A stretch of 46,476 nucleotides of DNA, from positions 1 to 46,476 of IMG/VR virus record IMGVR_UViG_3300043690_000038; one strand, given 5' to 3'. Positions within the stretch are counted from its first letter, which is position 1, and each line of letters begins with the position of its first letter. This DNA comes from a virus (lineage: Duplodnaviria; Caudoviricetes). Shown piece by piece: positions 1-9,218 of this stretch. The notes under the pieces are model-generated. The model made no database searches. It was not told the DNA's origin and saw only the letters and a list, made by a program, of their open reading frames with translations. The position numbers were made by a program, and so were the translations under genes.

Positions 1-1
1 C

Positions 2-397
2 GGCGGCGGTGGAGGCCAAGGCAGGGACCAGACAGCGCCGTCCGCCGCTGGCGGATTGTATGGGGGAGGCGGGGGTGGCGGAGCTAGGAATGAACTGGCT
101 GGGCCAGGGCAGGGACTGCCCGCGGCTGGAGCGCCTGGCTGCATTGTAATTACATATGGGGGCTCCGGCTCCGGTCCCGGTCCCGGCCCCACGCCCGAAG
201 GCTATTGTCCGCCGATCCAGCCGCAGCCTCCGCCTGGCCTGCGCGAGGCGACCTATCGCCAACGCTTCCTCGGCCAGTCGTTTGACCCCACCATCATCAT
301 CATGAAGGACCGCCCGGGGCCGCTCAGGATCGTCGAGTTCGAGGCTTGGGTGAACGACGGCCCCGAGGTTCCGGAGCGGGGCGTTGAACGCGGCTAA
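2..397 (+). CDS. C-terminal part of the glycine-rich tail adhesin (continues the ORF starting at 45736); ends with nozzle-like C-terminal tag LREATYR...DP...KDRPGPLRIVEF
   Basis: Frame open from position 2 (GGGGGQGRDQTAPSAAGGLYGGGGGGG...GAPGCIVITY), the typical end of a Gly-rich domain, then a Pro linker and the tag shared with 43938..45734. Confidence 0.85.
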   Translation, partial: GGGGGQGRDQTAPSAAGGLYGGGGGGGARNELAGPGQGLPAAGAPGCIVITYGGSGSGPGPGPTPEGYCPPIQPQPPPGLREATYRQRFLGQSFDPTIIIMKDRPGPLRIVEFEAWVNDGPEVPERGVERG

Positions 398-411
398 CGA
401 CAGGCGAGGAT
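379..411 (+). promoter_or_regulatory. Putative late promoter (GGGCGTTG...GAGGAT), probably leaderless transcript for 417
   Basis: GGGCGTTG at 379-386, 19 nt, GAGGAT, 5 nt, ATG; same geometry recurs at 9180 and 40032. Confidence 0.6.
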
Positions 412-416
412 GACGT

Positions 417-998
417 ATGGCTGTTGCTCCCGTTTTAGGCTTGGCGTCGACCGCGATGAGCGCGGCTGGCTCGATCATGGGCGGCGAGGGCCAGGCGAAG
501 GCTGACGAGTTCCAGGCCCAGCAGTTGGAAAACGCCGCTCAGTACGGGCGCACCCAGGCGGCCCAGGTCGGCTACAACATGACGACCAACATGACCCGGA
601 TGCTCGGGCATATCGCGGCGGTGAGGGCGTCGCTCGGCTCGGACGTGCGGAGCCCGTCGACCTGGGCGGTCATGGGCAACCAGGAGGCGCAGGCCGAGCG
701 CGAGCGGGCGATAAGGATGGGCTCGATCTTCGCCCAGGTGCGGCAGGATCAGATGGGGGCGCAGCAATATACCGACATGGCGTCGCGCGCCCTGCAGGGC
801 GGTTACCTCGGCGCGCTCGGCGACGTCGCCAAGGGACTCGGCGGGGCGTTCTCGTCCATGGGCTCGAGCTTCAACTTCTTCGGCGGCGCGTCCGGCGGCG
901 GCGGCGTGCAGGCCCCATCGGCGACAGTCTTGCCGGTAAGCGGCAGCTACATCGTCAACCAGGATCCGCTGACCGGGCGGGGCCTGGGGCCGGTTTGA
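417..998 (+). CDS. Small internal virion/ejection protein (T7 gp14-like position and composition)
   Basis: 193 aa, Ala/Gly/Gln/Met-rich, hydrophobic N-terminus (LGLASTAMSAAGSIMGG) then helical QAQQLE..AA region; first of three genes after the tail genes. Confidence 0.7.
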   Translation: MAVAPVLGLASTAMSAAGSIMGGEGQAKADEFQAQQLENAAQYGRTQAAQVGYNMTTNMTRMLGHIAAVRASLGSDVRSPSTWAVMGNQEAQAERERAIRMGSIFAQVRQDQMGAQQYTDMASRALQGGYLGALGDVAKGLGGAFSSMGSSFNFFGGASGGGGVQAPSATVLPVSGSYIVNQDPLTGRGLGPV

Positions 999-999
999 C

Positions 1000-3900
1000 A
1001 TGGCTGAGATCGTCCCCTCGCCGAGCCCGATCGGCACGATCCCGCCGGAGCTTGCCACCCAGACCCCGCGCGAAGTGGTGCAGCCCAGGGCGATCGCCGC
1101 CTCCTATGGGGAGCTCGCCCGCGGCATGCAAGGCCTGAGCGGCGGCCTCGAGGCCCTTGCGACCCCGATCGCCGAAGCGCAGGCGGCGAGCGACGTCCAG
1201 AACCAGAGAGTGATGCTGGGGCCGGACGGCAAGATCCAGGTCACGAACCCGGCGCGCTCGTTCATCATGGGGCCGGCCGGCGAGGCTTACGCCAAGACGG
1301 TGGTGCAATCGACCGCAGCCCAGGTCGGCAGTCTGGTCGATCAGCAACTAACCAACATTCACCAGCAGCATCTCGGCGACCCACAAGGTCAGGCGGTCGC
1401 CAACCAGAGTTTCCTCGCTGGCTTAAGAGGCACGACTGGCAACCCGATCATCGACAACGCCATCGCAAATCGGGCGGGCGAGGCGGCGTCTCGACACTAC
1501 GACTCGAACCTTGACTTCACCTCGCGGCTCAACCTCGAGCGCAATGCGCGCAACGACAGTCAGATCGTCTCTGATCGTGAGGAGCAACTCCTCGACCTGG
1601 CGCAGAACGGCGTCGGCGCGGGCAACAAGGTATTCGACCAGGCGATGGCGGAGCGTCAGGCGGCGCTCGACAGGCTGCAGGCCTCACCGCTGTCCAAGAC
1701 GCCGGACGAGGTCGTCAACCACAAGAACGATCAGTTTCGCCGCTCGCTCGAGGCGGAGGCCACCATCGGCGGCATCCACAACTTGGTCGAGAACGGCGGT
1801 GGCCTGCGCGCCGCCAAGGACGCCGTCGACCGGATCCGTCAGGATCCGCAACTCGATCCGTCGACCAAGCGGCGTCTGCTCACCCAGGCGCAGGCGGCGG
1901 TCGAGGCCGAGACGCCCGCTTATAACGCGCGGCTGAAGGTCAACCAGGATGCCGCCAATGGGTTGATCGAAGGCATCGCCAAGGGCGCGAAAGGACCGGA
2001 TGGCAAGCTGCTGACGCCTGACAACTGGCGGATCCACGACGCCTTCGAGCAGTCGGTCAGGCTCGGCGACCTCGAGAGCATCAAGGCGCTCGATGCGGCC
2101 TTTGTCACCTACCAGCATCTGAAGCCCGGCGAGGCGTTGCCGGATGACGTGCGGCGCCGGGTCTATGACCTGCCGGGCAAGGACGGCTCTCCGCCGCCGT
2201 CGGCGTCCGCCGCCCCCGCCCCCGCCGCGGCTGCGACGCCTGCGCCTATTCCGCCAAAGTCAGAATGGCCAAAGGGCGCTGTCTATGTCGCACACAGCGC
2301 GGCTGGCGCCCCGGTCTATGTCGACAAGGATGGCGTGGCGTTGCCGGATGCGCAGCAACCGAAGCCAGCGCCCGCCGTTGCGACGCCGGCGGAAGCGCCT
2401 GCCGCGCAGCCGGCGGCGGTGACGACCGGGACGTCCGAGGCCGCGGCGGCCGTCAACCATGGCTCCTTCATCTCCGCTTTGGTGAAGGCGGAGAGCAACG
2501 GCCAGAATATCTACAGCAAGACAGACCCAGACGTAGCCGGACCCAACTCCCGGTCACAGGGCTATGCCCAGATCAATACGCCGACTTGGCAGGAGTTCGC
2601 GCCGAGAGCGGGAGTGGACCTGAAGCAATATCCCAATGCCATGTCTGCGCCCTATGACGTGCAGATTGAGGTGGCGAAGCAGATCCCGATCTCACGCTTT
2701 GGGCCACGGACAAAGGATATCCTTCACGCTCAGTTCGGGCAGTTCGACGACCGCGAGACGGTCGGCCAGGTTGATGCTCGGTTCGGCGGTAAGGGAACCA
2801 GGCCGACGCCCGGCGGCCCGCAGACGGCGACCTCAGACACCCGCCCCTATACGCCCGAAGAGCTCAAGAACAATCCCTATCTGCTCTCGGAAAGCGTCGG
2901 CTCGCTCTCGATCGACAAGGGCATCAAGGTTTCGACAATCGAGGCGCTCGTCCAAGGGATGGAGAACGCCTCGAAATATATCGACCAATTGCCGGTTGAA
3001 AGCGTGGCGGCGGTCAAGCAGTACTATGACGCCAATCCCGACGATCCCAAGGCGCAGGAATTGTGGGGCAAGACCGCCGGCATCATGGCCGGAATGGCGG
3101 GGCCGCTTGGCGCCGGCATGCCAGCGCCTGGCAAGCCGGTCTCTGAGGCGGCGGCGCCAGGCGGCGCCCTGGCTGGAGCTCCAGTCCCGTCGGCCCGCGG
3201 CTCGCCGGCCGACTTCGAACGCCAGGTCAACGACTACGCCCGCGAGCACCCTGACATTCTCCATGGCTGGTTCGCCAAGGGCTTCCAGGATTACGAGAAG
3301 GCGCGGGCGGAGCAGAAGCAAAACGCGCCCTACGACTTTGCTGCGGCGCGCAAGATCATCGGCCAGACGCCGGAGTTCAACCCGCAGCAACCGGAGGCTA
3401 CCGGCCCGGTTCTTTCCGCCCGCATTGAGGCGGGGAAGACGATCGGCGCGGCATTCAACGAGGCCCCGCCGCCGCTCCTGCAGAAGAACGACGCGCCTGT
3501 CCTTAACGGCATCATTAACGGTCCGGACGGCGCGAAAGCGCTGACTTCAATTTCGGCGACCGCAAGTCCAGAGGCGCTGAAGGGGCTCGCCGATCAAGAG
3601 GAGGCGCGTTCGATCCTCACCCAGGCTTTTCATTCCGGCGATCCGATGAAGATGCAGGGTTCCTATTCTGTGCTTGACCGGATGTATCGGGAGAACCCGC
3701 TCGACTTCGACGCCAAATTTAAGGGCGTTCTTGAGGAGATGACGGCGTGGAAGGAGAACATGACCTCCGATCCGAAGGCGGCGATGGACCTGGTTAACAG
3801 GTGGCGCAGCCCTGACTGGGAAAAGACAGTGAAGCCGATGATCGAGGCGGCCAACAAGCAGATGGCCGACGACGGGACCGACGTGAACAAGGTCACTCAA

Positions 3901-4671
3901 TTGTTCTCGCAAGGGCTGTTGTCACGATGGGCGAGCGGAACGAGCGCGGTCCAGCCGCCAGCCCCGGCAGGGGTCGATCAGGGAGCGCCCAACGCCGAAT
4001 TGTGGGGCGACTATCGCAAAGCTTACGAGAAATGCTTCATCGCTGGCGGAGGGCCTGACGGCGCGCAGGAGTGCGCCAAAGAGCGGATCCTCAACAAGTG
4101 GAGTCCGAGCGAAGTCAACGGCGGTCGGGTCACCGCCTGGGCTCCGGAAGCTTACTACAGGAACCCGGACGGCAGTCCGTCAATGACCAGCGCGCAGATG
4201 AACACGCAGTTGGACGACATGATGCGCTCGACGCTTGGCGTCCCGGCAGGGATCCAGCGCGGCCAGAAGGGGATTGAGCCGACCGTGTTTGGCCCGGACG
4301 GGCCGAGCCGAGAGCAGATGGAGCGCTTAAACGAGTTCAACGGTCCGCGGGTCATCGTTGGCGACGACACCACCCGCGCCGACTATGTGGTTGGCAAGCC
4401 GCCGTCCTACCTCGTTTTCGTGCAGCGTCCTTCGGATGGCTCATGGTTTCCGTTGATGAACAACAACGGCGACATCCAGCGGATGCGCTTTGACCCGCTG
4501 GCCGCGCAGGCTGAGACGATCAACAAGGCGAACGCCGAGCGCGCGGCCGGGCCGACGCCGCCGCCGCCGGCGCTCATCCCGCCCATGCCGCAATTCGGCT
4601 TCCCCGGCCTCGCCCTGCCGGCCAATCCCCTGCCGACGCCGCAGCCGGGGACCGGCTATCCGGGGAGCTGA
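1000..4671 (+). CDS. Internal virion/ejection protein with embedded lytic transglycosylase (Rpf/SLT-like) domain
   Basis: 1223 aa helical protein; motif ALVKAESNG...GYAQINTPTW...AMSAPYDVQIEVA at ~2467-2690 flanked by Pro/Ala linkers. Confidence 0.8.
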   Translation: MAEIVPSPSPIGTIPPELATQTPREVVQPRAIAASYGELARGMQGLSGGLEALATPIAEAQAASDVQNQRVMLGPDGKIQVTNPARSFIMGPAGEAYAKTVVQSTAAQVGSLVDQQLTNIHQQHLGDPQGQAVANQSFLAGLRGTTGNPIIDNAIANRAGEAASRHYDSNLDFTSRLNLERNARNDSQIVSDREEQLLDLAQNGVGAGNKVFDQAMAERQAALDRLQASPLSKTPDEVVNHKNDQFRRSLEAEATIGGIHNLVENGGGLRAAKDAVDRIRQDPQLDPSTKRRLLTQAQAAVEAETPAYNARLKVNQDAANGLIEGIAKGAKGPDGKLLTPDNWRIHDAFEQSVRLGDLESIKALDAAFVTYQHLKPGEALPDDVRRRVYDLPGKDGSPPPSASAAPAPAAAATPAPIPPKSEWPKGAVYVAHSAAGAPVYVDKDGVALPDAQQPKPAPAVATPAEAPAAQPAAVTTGTSEAAAAVNHGSFISALVKAESNGQNIYSKTDPDVAGPNSRSQGYAQINTPTWQEFAPRAGVDLKQYPNAMSAPYDVQIEVAKQIPISRFGPRTKDILHAQFGQFDDRETVGQVDARFGGKGTRPTPGGPQTATSDTRPYTPEELKNNPYLLSESVGSLSIDKGIKVSTIEALVQGMENASKYIDQLPVESVAAVKQYYDANPDDPKAQELWGKTAGIMAGMAGPLGAGMPAPGKPVSEAAAPGGALAGAPVPSARGSPADFERQVNDYAREHPDILHGWFAKGFQDYEKARAEQKQNAPYDFAAARKIIGQTPEFNPQQPEATGPVLSARIEAGKTIGAAFNEAPPPLLQKNDAPVLNGIINGPDGAKALTSISATASPEALKGLADQEEARSILTQAFHSGDPMKMQGSYSVLDRMYRENPLDFDAKFKGVLEEMTAWKENMTSDPKAAMDLVNRWRSPDWEKTVKPMIEAANKQMADDGTDVNKVTQLFSQGLLSRWASGTSAVQPPAPAGVDQGAPNAELWGDYRKAYEKCFIAGGGPDGAQECAKERILNKWSPSEVNGGRVTAWAPEAYYRNPDGSPSMTSAQMNTQLDDMMRSTLGVPAGIQRGQKGIEPTVFGPDGPSREQMERLNEFNGPRVIVGDDTTRADYVVGKPPSYLVFVQRPSDGSWFPLMNNNGDIQRMRFDPLAAQAETINKANAERAAGPTPPPPALIPPMPQFGFPGLALPANPLPTPQPGTGYPGS

Positions 4672-4675
4672 ACAA

Positions 4676-7600
4676 TTGCCGACCTTCACCGAAGGGCAGG
4701 ATCCGCTTGACTCGACCTATGGCCATTCGATCAACCTGAACTTGCCGCAAGCTCCTCCTCCGCCGGCTCCGCTGCCGTGGGAATTGCCGCAGGCGATCGC
4801 CGAGGAGACCACCGACCTCCCTGCGATCGGGCGCTTTCTCAACCGGACTGTCGCCAAGCCGGTCGCCGATGCGCTCGGGCTTTCCGAGACGCTGGGCTTG
4901 AACCAGGCGGCGCGCGGCGCGCTGCAGGCCTCGCCGTCCGATCAGCCAGTCGACGGCTATAACCCGGTTCCCCGGATCGTCGGCACCAAATACGAACCGT
5001 ACCTGTCTCAGTTCATGGGCGACGTGAACCCGGACCAGACCGCGGCCCGGATGGCGCAGATCGATATTCACCAGCAGAACCAGCAAACAATGGCGCAGGG
5101 CGGCTGGACCGGGACGGCGCTCGGGCTGGTCGCGCAAGCGGCGGAACCCTGGTATTGGTTCATCCCCGGCGGTGAGGCGGTCGCGGCCTCCCGGCTTGGC
5201 GTTGCGGCGAGTGCGCTCGAGCGCATGGGTCCAGTTGCAAGGGGAGCGCTGACTGCAGGCGAGGTCGCCGCCGCCACCGTGCCGCAGCAAGCCATCCTGC
5301 AGAACGTCAACCCGACCCATAGCTTCCAGGAGAGCGCTTGGAATGTCGCCAGCAACGCGCTCCTCGCCGGCATCATCGGCACAGGCGCGCAGTTCCTCTC
5401 GCCGCTGGAGAAGGCGAGAGCGGGCAATGCGCTCGAGGCCTCGCGGCGTGACTTCCAGGCCCCGCCGACCGCGCCGGAACCGCACGGGACCGACCTGAGT
5501 CCACCGGCGGCGCCGCCCCTTGGCCCGGAGCCGCAGCCGGCCGCCGGTCAGTTCCTATCGCCGGCCTCGCTCTCTGCCGCCACCACCGACCGTCGCACCA
5601 TGGAGCTCGAGCCGTGGCATGCGTTCGGATTGCGCAACCTGGTCGGCACGTTCGGATCCGACGCGCAGCGGCTTTATGACGCTGCGACCACCAAGGCGGG
5701 CTGGCTTTCGCCGATCTCCCGCATCTTTTCACGCGGCTCGCTGCCGGCCAGGCAGTACGCGGGCGACATTGCCGACACCGCGCTCCACTTCACCCAGGAG
5801 CGCGAGGGGATCACCCCAGCGCAGGGCGGCCTCGCGCTCGAGGCGCAGCGCGATCAAGCAGTCACCCACTACAGCATGCTCAACAACGGCGTGCTCGAGC
5901 ATTACTTCGCCGACTATCGCAACCTGCCCGAGAACCCGTTCACCCGCGGCCGCGCCTATATCGAGGATATCCGCGGCCAGGCGCAGGGCCGCATGAACTT
6001 CAGCCAGTTCAAGAGCGAAGTTTATTCGGCCATGGTCGACGGCGACACGCACGCCGTCCCGCAGGTCGAGGCGGCGGCGAAGGCGCTGCGCGCCCAGGTG
6101 ATGGATCCAGTCAAGGGCTACCTCTCGAGCGTCAAGGACATGAACGGCCAGGCGCTGATGGGCGACGTGATCGAGCCGCCGAAGGGCGACAAGAGCTTCG
6201 CCCCGCGCTTCTGGTCGAAGGAGGCGATCGGCCGCGACCCGAACCGCTTCGACTCGATCGTCTCGAACTGGCTTTCGAAGCAGCAGGCGAACAAGGCCTC
6301 GATCCAGACCAGGCTGCGCGGACTCAACGATCAACTCAGTTGGCTCAACGACCGCAACAAATGGCTCAACGCCAGGATCGAGGGCAGAAGGACGGCTCTC
6401 GAAGCCGCTACCAACCGCTCGGAAGAAATCTCGCGGATGAACCAGTTCGCCTATCGGCGGTCGGCTCAGTTGTCGCAGCCGCTCGACGATCTGAGGCAGA
6501 AGGTTCGCGGCATCCAGGCGACGGTGCAGCCGCACCTCGACAAGCTTGAGCAATTGGCGAAGGACATCAAAGCGGAGCGCGCCGGCCTCCCTGGCGTCAC
6601 AGGCGCGGATACCGCGCTGTGGCGGCTGATCGGAGCGAACCAACGACTGAAGGACGCCGGCGACATCGTCTCGACCCTCGAGGGGGCGCACGAATACCAG
6701 GACGAGGTTCAGCGAGTTATCGGCGGCTTCAAAGAGGGGATCAGGGGAGCGCGTGAGCAAGCGGTCGGGGCGAGGAACCAACCCGAGGCGGCAACGCTGG
6801 CGGCGCTCGAGAAGAGCCGCGCCGACATCCGGAAAGAGATCGCGCCTTATATCAAAGAGCTCAACAAGGCGCGCAAAGATATAGGCCGCATCGAAGGTCA
6901 GCGAGTTCCTGGCGCCCGCGGCGGCGCCGTATTCGAGACCGAGATCCGCAATCGCGGCAACGTTCTTGCCGACCGGATGGCAGGCAAGCGCGATCAACTG
7001 AACCACTTCACCGAGGAGCTCGGCCGGCGCAACGCCGAGCTCGCCGACGTGCGCAAGGCGGTGGAAGAGGAAGTGACGAAGTGGGAGGGCAACACCTCCG
7101 CTGAAGCCAAGGCCGCGCTGAAGATCCGCGAAAAATACGAAGCCGAAAGGGCCGCCAAGGTTCTCGCCGGAACCTTCAAAGGCGCGGATCCGACCGCGAG
7201 GCTAACCTCGGCCGACGCGGCGATCGACAAGACGGTGCGCGCGATCCTCGAGGCCCCAACCGATCTCTCGGCCGAAGAAATCATGTCGCGAGCGCGCGAA
7301 ATTCGCCACCGCATCGACACCGATCCGGACGGGCGTCTGCCCTATGACGAGCCGAAGGCGGACCCGCATGGCGGATGGGCGAGTTCGTCCGATGACTTGC
7401 GCGGCTCGCTCAACCGCCGAGCCTTCGCCATTCCGACCAAGGACGTGCTCGACTTCGTCCATACCGATCTCGAGCATGTCATCCCGGCCTATCTCAAGAA
7501 CGTCGTTCCGGACGCCATGCATATCGAGCGGTTCGGCGACTTGAGGGCGACCATTCCGCAGAAGCGGATCAACGAATTTTACGACGCCCAGATCGCCAAG

Positions 7601-8992
7601 GCCCCGACCAAGGAGCTCGCGGCGAAGATCGACGCCAAGCGCAAGCGGGAGCTCGCCGATGTGGTCGGGATGCGCGATCGCTACCGCGGAGTCTATGGCT
7701 TGCCGACCACTGCCTGGCAGCGCAACCTCGGGCGGGTATCGCGCGCCGTCATGCAGTACAACGCCATCACCATGCTGGGATCCTCGGTTCTCAACCGGCT
7801 GCAGGACGTGGCCAACGCCGTCTCTCGCCGCGGCATGCTGGGCTATATGGGCGACGGCTTCCTGCCGATGATCGGCGCGCTCACTCGCCTGTCGAAATCG
7901 GGCCAGGCGGCGCGCGACATGGTCAAGGGATGGGGCATCGGCGTCGACACCGCCATGGGTCACATGGCGACCTCGTTCTCCGACATCACCAACGACCATT
8001 TGCCGGGCAACCGTTTCGAGCGCGGGCTTCAGACGGCGACCAAGGGCTCGATGTGGCTCAACCTGCATGGGCCGTGGACAGACGGCTGGCGCCAGGTGGC
8101 GGCGATGGCGGCGAGCGCCGACCATCTCCGCTCGATCGAGCGGATCGTCAACGGGACCGCGACCGAGCGTGACGTCCGGATGATGGCCTGGTCGGGCATC
8201 GACCAGCCGATGGCGGCCAAGATCTGGGACAATTTCCAGAACGGCCATACCGAGGTCAATGGCGTCAAGCTGCCGAACACCGCCGACTGGGACCCGGCGG
8301 CAGAGCGCGCCTTCGTCAATGCGGTGCGCAAGGAAGCCAATACCGCCGTGGCGCAGCCGGGGCAGGAGCGGCCGTTCCTGTTCGATCATCCGATGGGGCG
8401 GGCGGCGCTGCAGTTTCGCTCGTTCGAATACGCCGCCTGGCACAAGATCATGCTTTCGAACCTGCAGATGGGCGACGGTCGGGCGCTGCAGGGCATGCTG
8501 TCGATGCTGGCCATGGGAGCGCTGTCGGCCTGGGCCTATAGCGTGGCGTCCGGCCGGGTCGAGCAGATGACCGGCTGGAGCCCGCAGGACTGGGTCAAGG
8601 AGGCGCTTCTGCGCTCTGGGATGCTGGGGCCATTCTCAACCATGAACACGCTGCAGGCCAAGCTCACCAACGGCAAGACCGACATCTTCCGGGCGATCGG
8701 GACGGGCAAGCCGCCGCAGCGGCGCGACCAGACCAATGCGGTCGAGGATGCGCTGGGGCCGACCTTCAAGGAAGCGATGGGGCTTGGCATGGCGATCCCG
8801 CACGTCTTCTCCAACACCACCACCGCGCGGGACGTCAACAACGCAAGGCAGACCTTTATCCCGCTGCAGAACTATATGTTTTTCCGACGCCTGCTTGACG
8901 AGGCCGAGGACAACTTCGACCGGCACTGGGGCATCAGGCCGATGAACCGCAACCCGAAGGCCTATCCGGGAATGTGGACGACGCCGCAGTAA
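4676..8992 (+). CDS. Large internal virion/ejection protein (T7 gp16-like position)
   Basis: ~1438 aa from a TTG start at 4676 with GGGAG upstream, directly after the previous stop; helical/coiled-coil, C-terminal QF.SF and hydrophobic helices typical of podovirus DNA-ejection proteins. Confidence 0.8.
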   Translation: MPTFTEGQDPLDSTYGHSINLNLPQAPPPPAPLPWELPQAIAEETTDLPAIGRFLNRTVAKPVADALGLSETLGLNQAARGALQASPSDQPVDGYNPVPRIVGTKYEPYLSQFMGDVNPDQTAARMAQIDIHQQNQQTMAQGGWTGTALGLVAQAAEPWYWFIPGGEAVAASRLGVAASALERMGPVARGALTAGEVAAATVPQQAILQNVNPTHSFQESAWNVASNALLAGIIGTGAQFLSPLEKARAGNALEASRRDFQAPPTAPEPHGTDLSPPAAPPLGPEPQPAAGQFLSPASLSAATTDRRTMELEPWHAFGLRNLVGTFGSDAQRLYDAATTKAGWLSPISRIFSRGSLPARQYAGDIADTALHFTQEREGITPAQGGLALEAQRDQAVTHYSMLNNGVLEHYFADYRNLPENPFTRGRAYIEDIRGQAQGRMNFSQFKSEVYSAMVDGDTHAVPQVEAAAKALRAQVMDPVKGYLSSVKDMNGQALMGDVIEPPKGDKSFAPRFWSKEAIGRDPNRFDSIVSNWLSKQQANKASIQTRLRGLNDQLSWLNDRNKWLNARIEGRRTALEAATNRSEEISRMNQFAYRRSAQLSQPLDDLRQKVRGIQATVQPHLDKLEQLAKDIKAERAGLPGVTGADTALWRLIGANQRLKDAGDIVSTLEGAHEYQDEVQRVIGGFKEGIRGAREQAVGARNQPEAATLAALEKSRADIRKEIAPYIKELNKARKDIGRIEGQRVPGARGGAVFETEIRNRGNVLADRMAGKRDQLNHFTEELGRRNAELADVRKAVEEEVTKWEGNTSAEAKAALKIREKYEAERAAKVLAGTFKGADPTARLTSADAAIDKTVRAILEAPTDLSAEEIMSRAREIRHRIDTDPDGRLPYDEPKADPHGGWASSSDDLRGSLNRRAFAIPTKDVLDFVHTDLEHVIPAYLKNVVPDAMHIERFGDLRATIPQKRINEFYDAQIAKAPTKELAAKIDAKRKRELADVVGMRDRYRGVYGLPTTAWQRNLGRVSRAVMQYNAITMLGSSVLNRLQDVANAVSRRGMLGYMGDGFLPMIGALTRLSKSGQAARDMVKGWGIGVDTAMGHMATSFSDITNDHLPGNRFERGLQTATKGSMWLNLHGPWTDGWRQVAAMAASADHLRSIERIVNGTATERDVRMMAWSGIDQPMAAKIWDNFQNGHTEVNGVKLPNTADWDPAAERAFVNAVRKEANTAVAQPGQERPFLFDHPMGRAALQFRSFEYAAWHKIMLSNLQMGDGRALQGMLSMLAMGALSAWAYSVASGRVEQMTGWSPQDWVKEALLRSGMLGPFSTMNTLQAKLTNGKTDIFRAIGTGKPPQRRDQTNAVEDALGPTFKEAMGLGMAIPHVFSNTTTARDVNNARQTFIPLQNYMFFRRLLDEAEDNFDRHWGIRPMNRNPKAYPGMWTTPQ

Positions 8993-9047
8993 CGTTGTCT
9001 ACACGGCAACGACGTGATAAGGCTCCGGTCCTCTAAGGGAGACAAAC

Positions 9048-9176
9048 GTGTCGGACTGGATCAAAGCGCTTTTGATATTTCTTATCCCAGTCTTTCTTGG
9101 GATTGCGCTCTCGCTCGGAGGCTATAACCCGAGCGATGGTGGGCGCTCAACGGAATGCTGGGGCAACCCCTGCTGA
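9048..9176 (+). CDS. 42-aa single-TM membrane peptide (MSDWIKALLIFLIPVFLGIALSLGGYNPSDGGRSTECWGNPC), possible superinfection-exclusion moron
   Basis: GTG start with AGGGAG RBS, hydrophobic helix, lower GC than flanks, fills the gap between ejection and fibre genes; not in ORF track. Confidence 0.55.
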   Translation: MSDWIKALLIFLIPVFLGIALSLGGYNPSDGGRSTECWGNPC

Positions 9177-9179
9177 TAG

Positions 9180-9212
9180 GGGCGTTGAGGCCCTAGACGG
9201 CATCCGCAAGAT
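9180..9212 (+). promoter_or_regulatory. Putative late promoter (GGGCGTTG...CAAGAT) for tail fibre-lysis unit
   Basis: GGGCGTTG 9180-9187, 19 nt, CAAGAT, 6 nt, ATG 9219. Confidence 0.6.
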
Positions 9213-9218
9213 GCGCCC

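Noticed and set aside
4490-4675. N-terminal extension of the 1500-aa ORF
   Set aside because: Overlaps the previous gene with Arg-rich off-frame sequence; TTG at 4676 has an RBS
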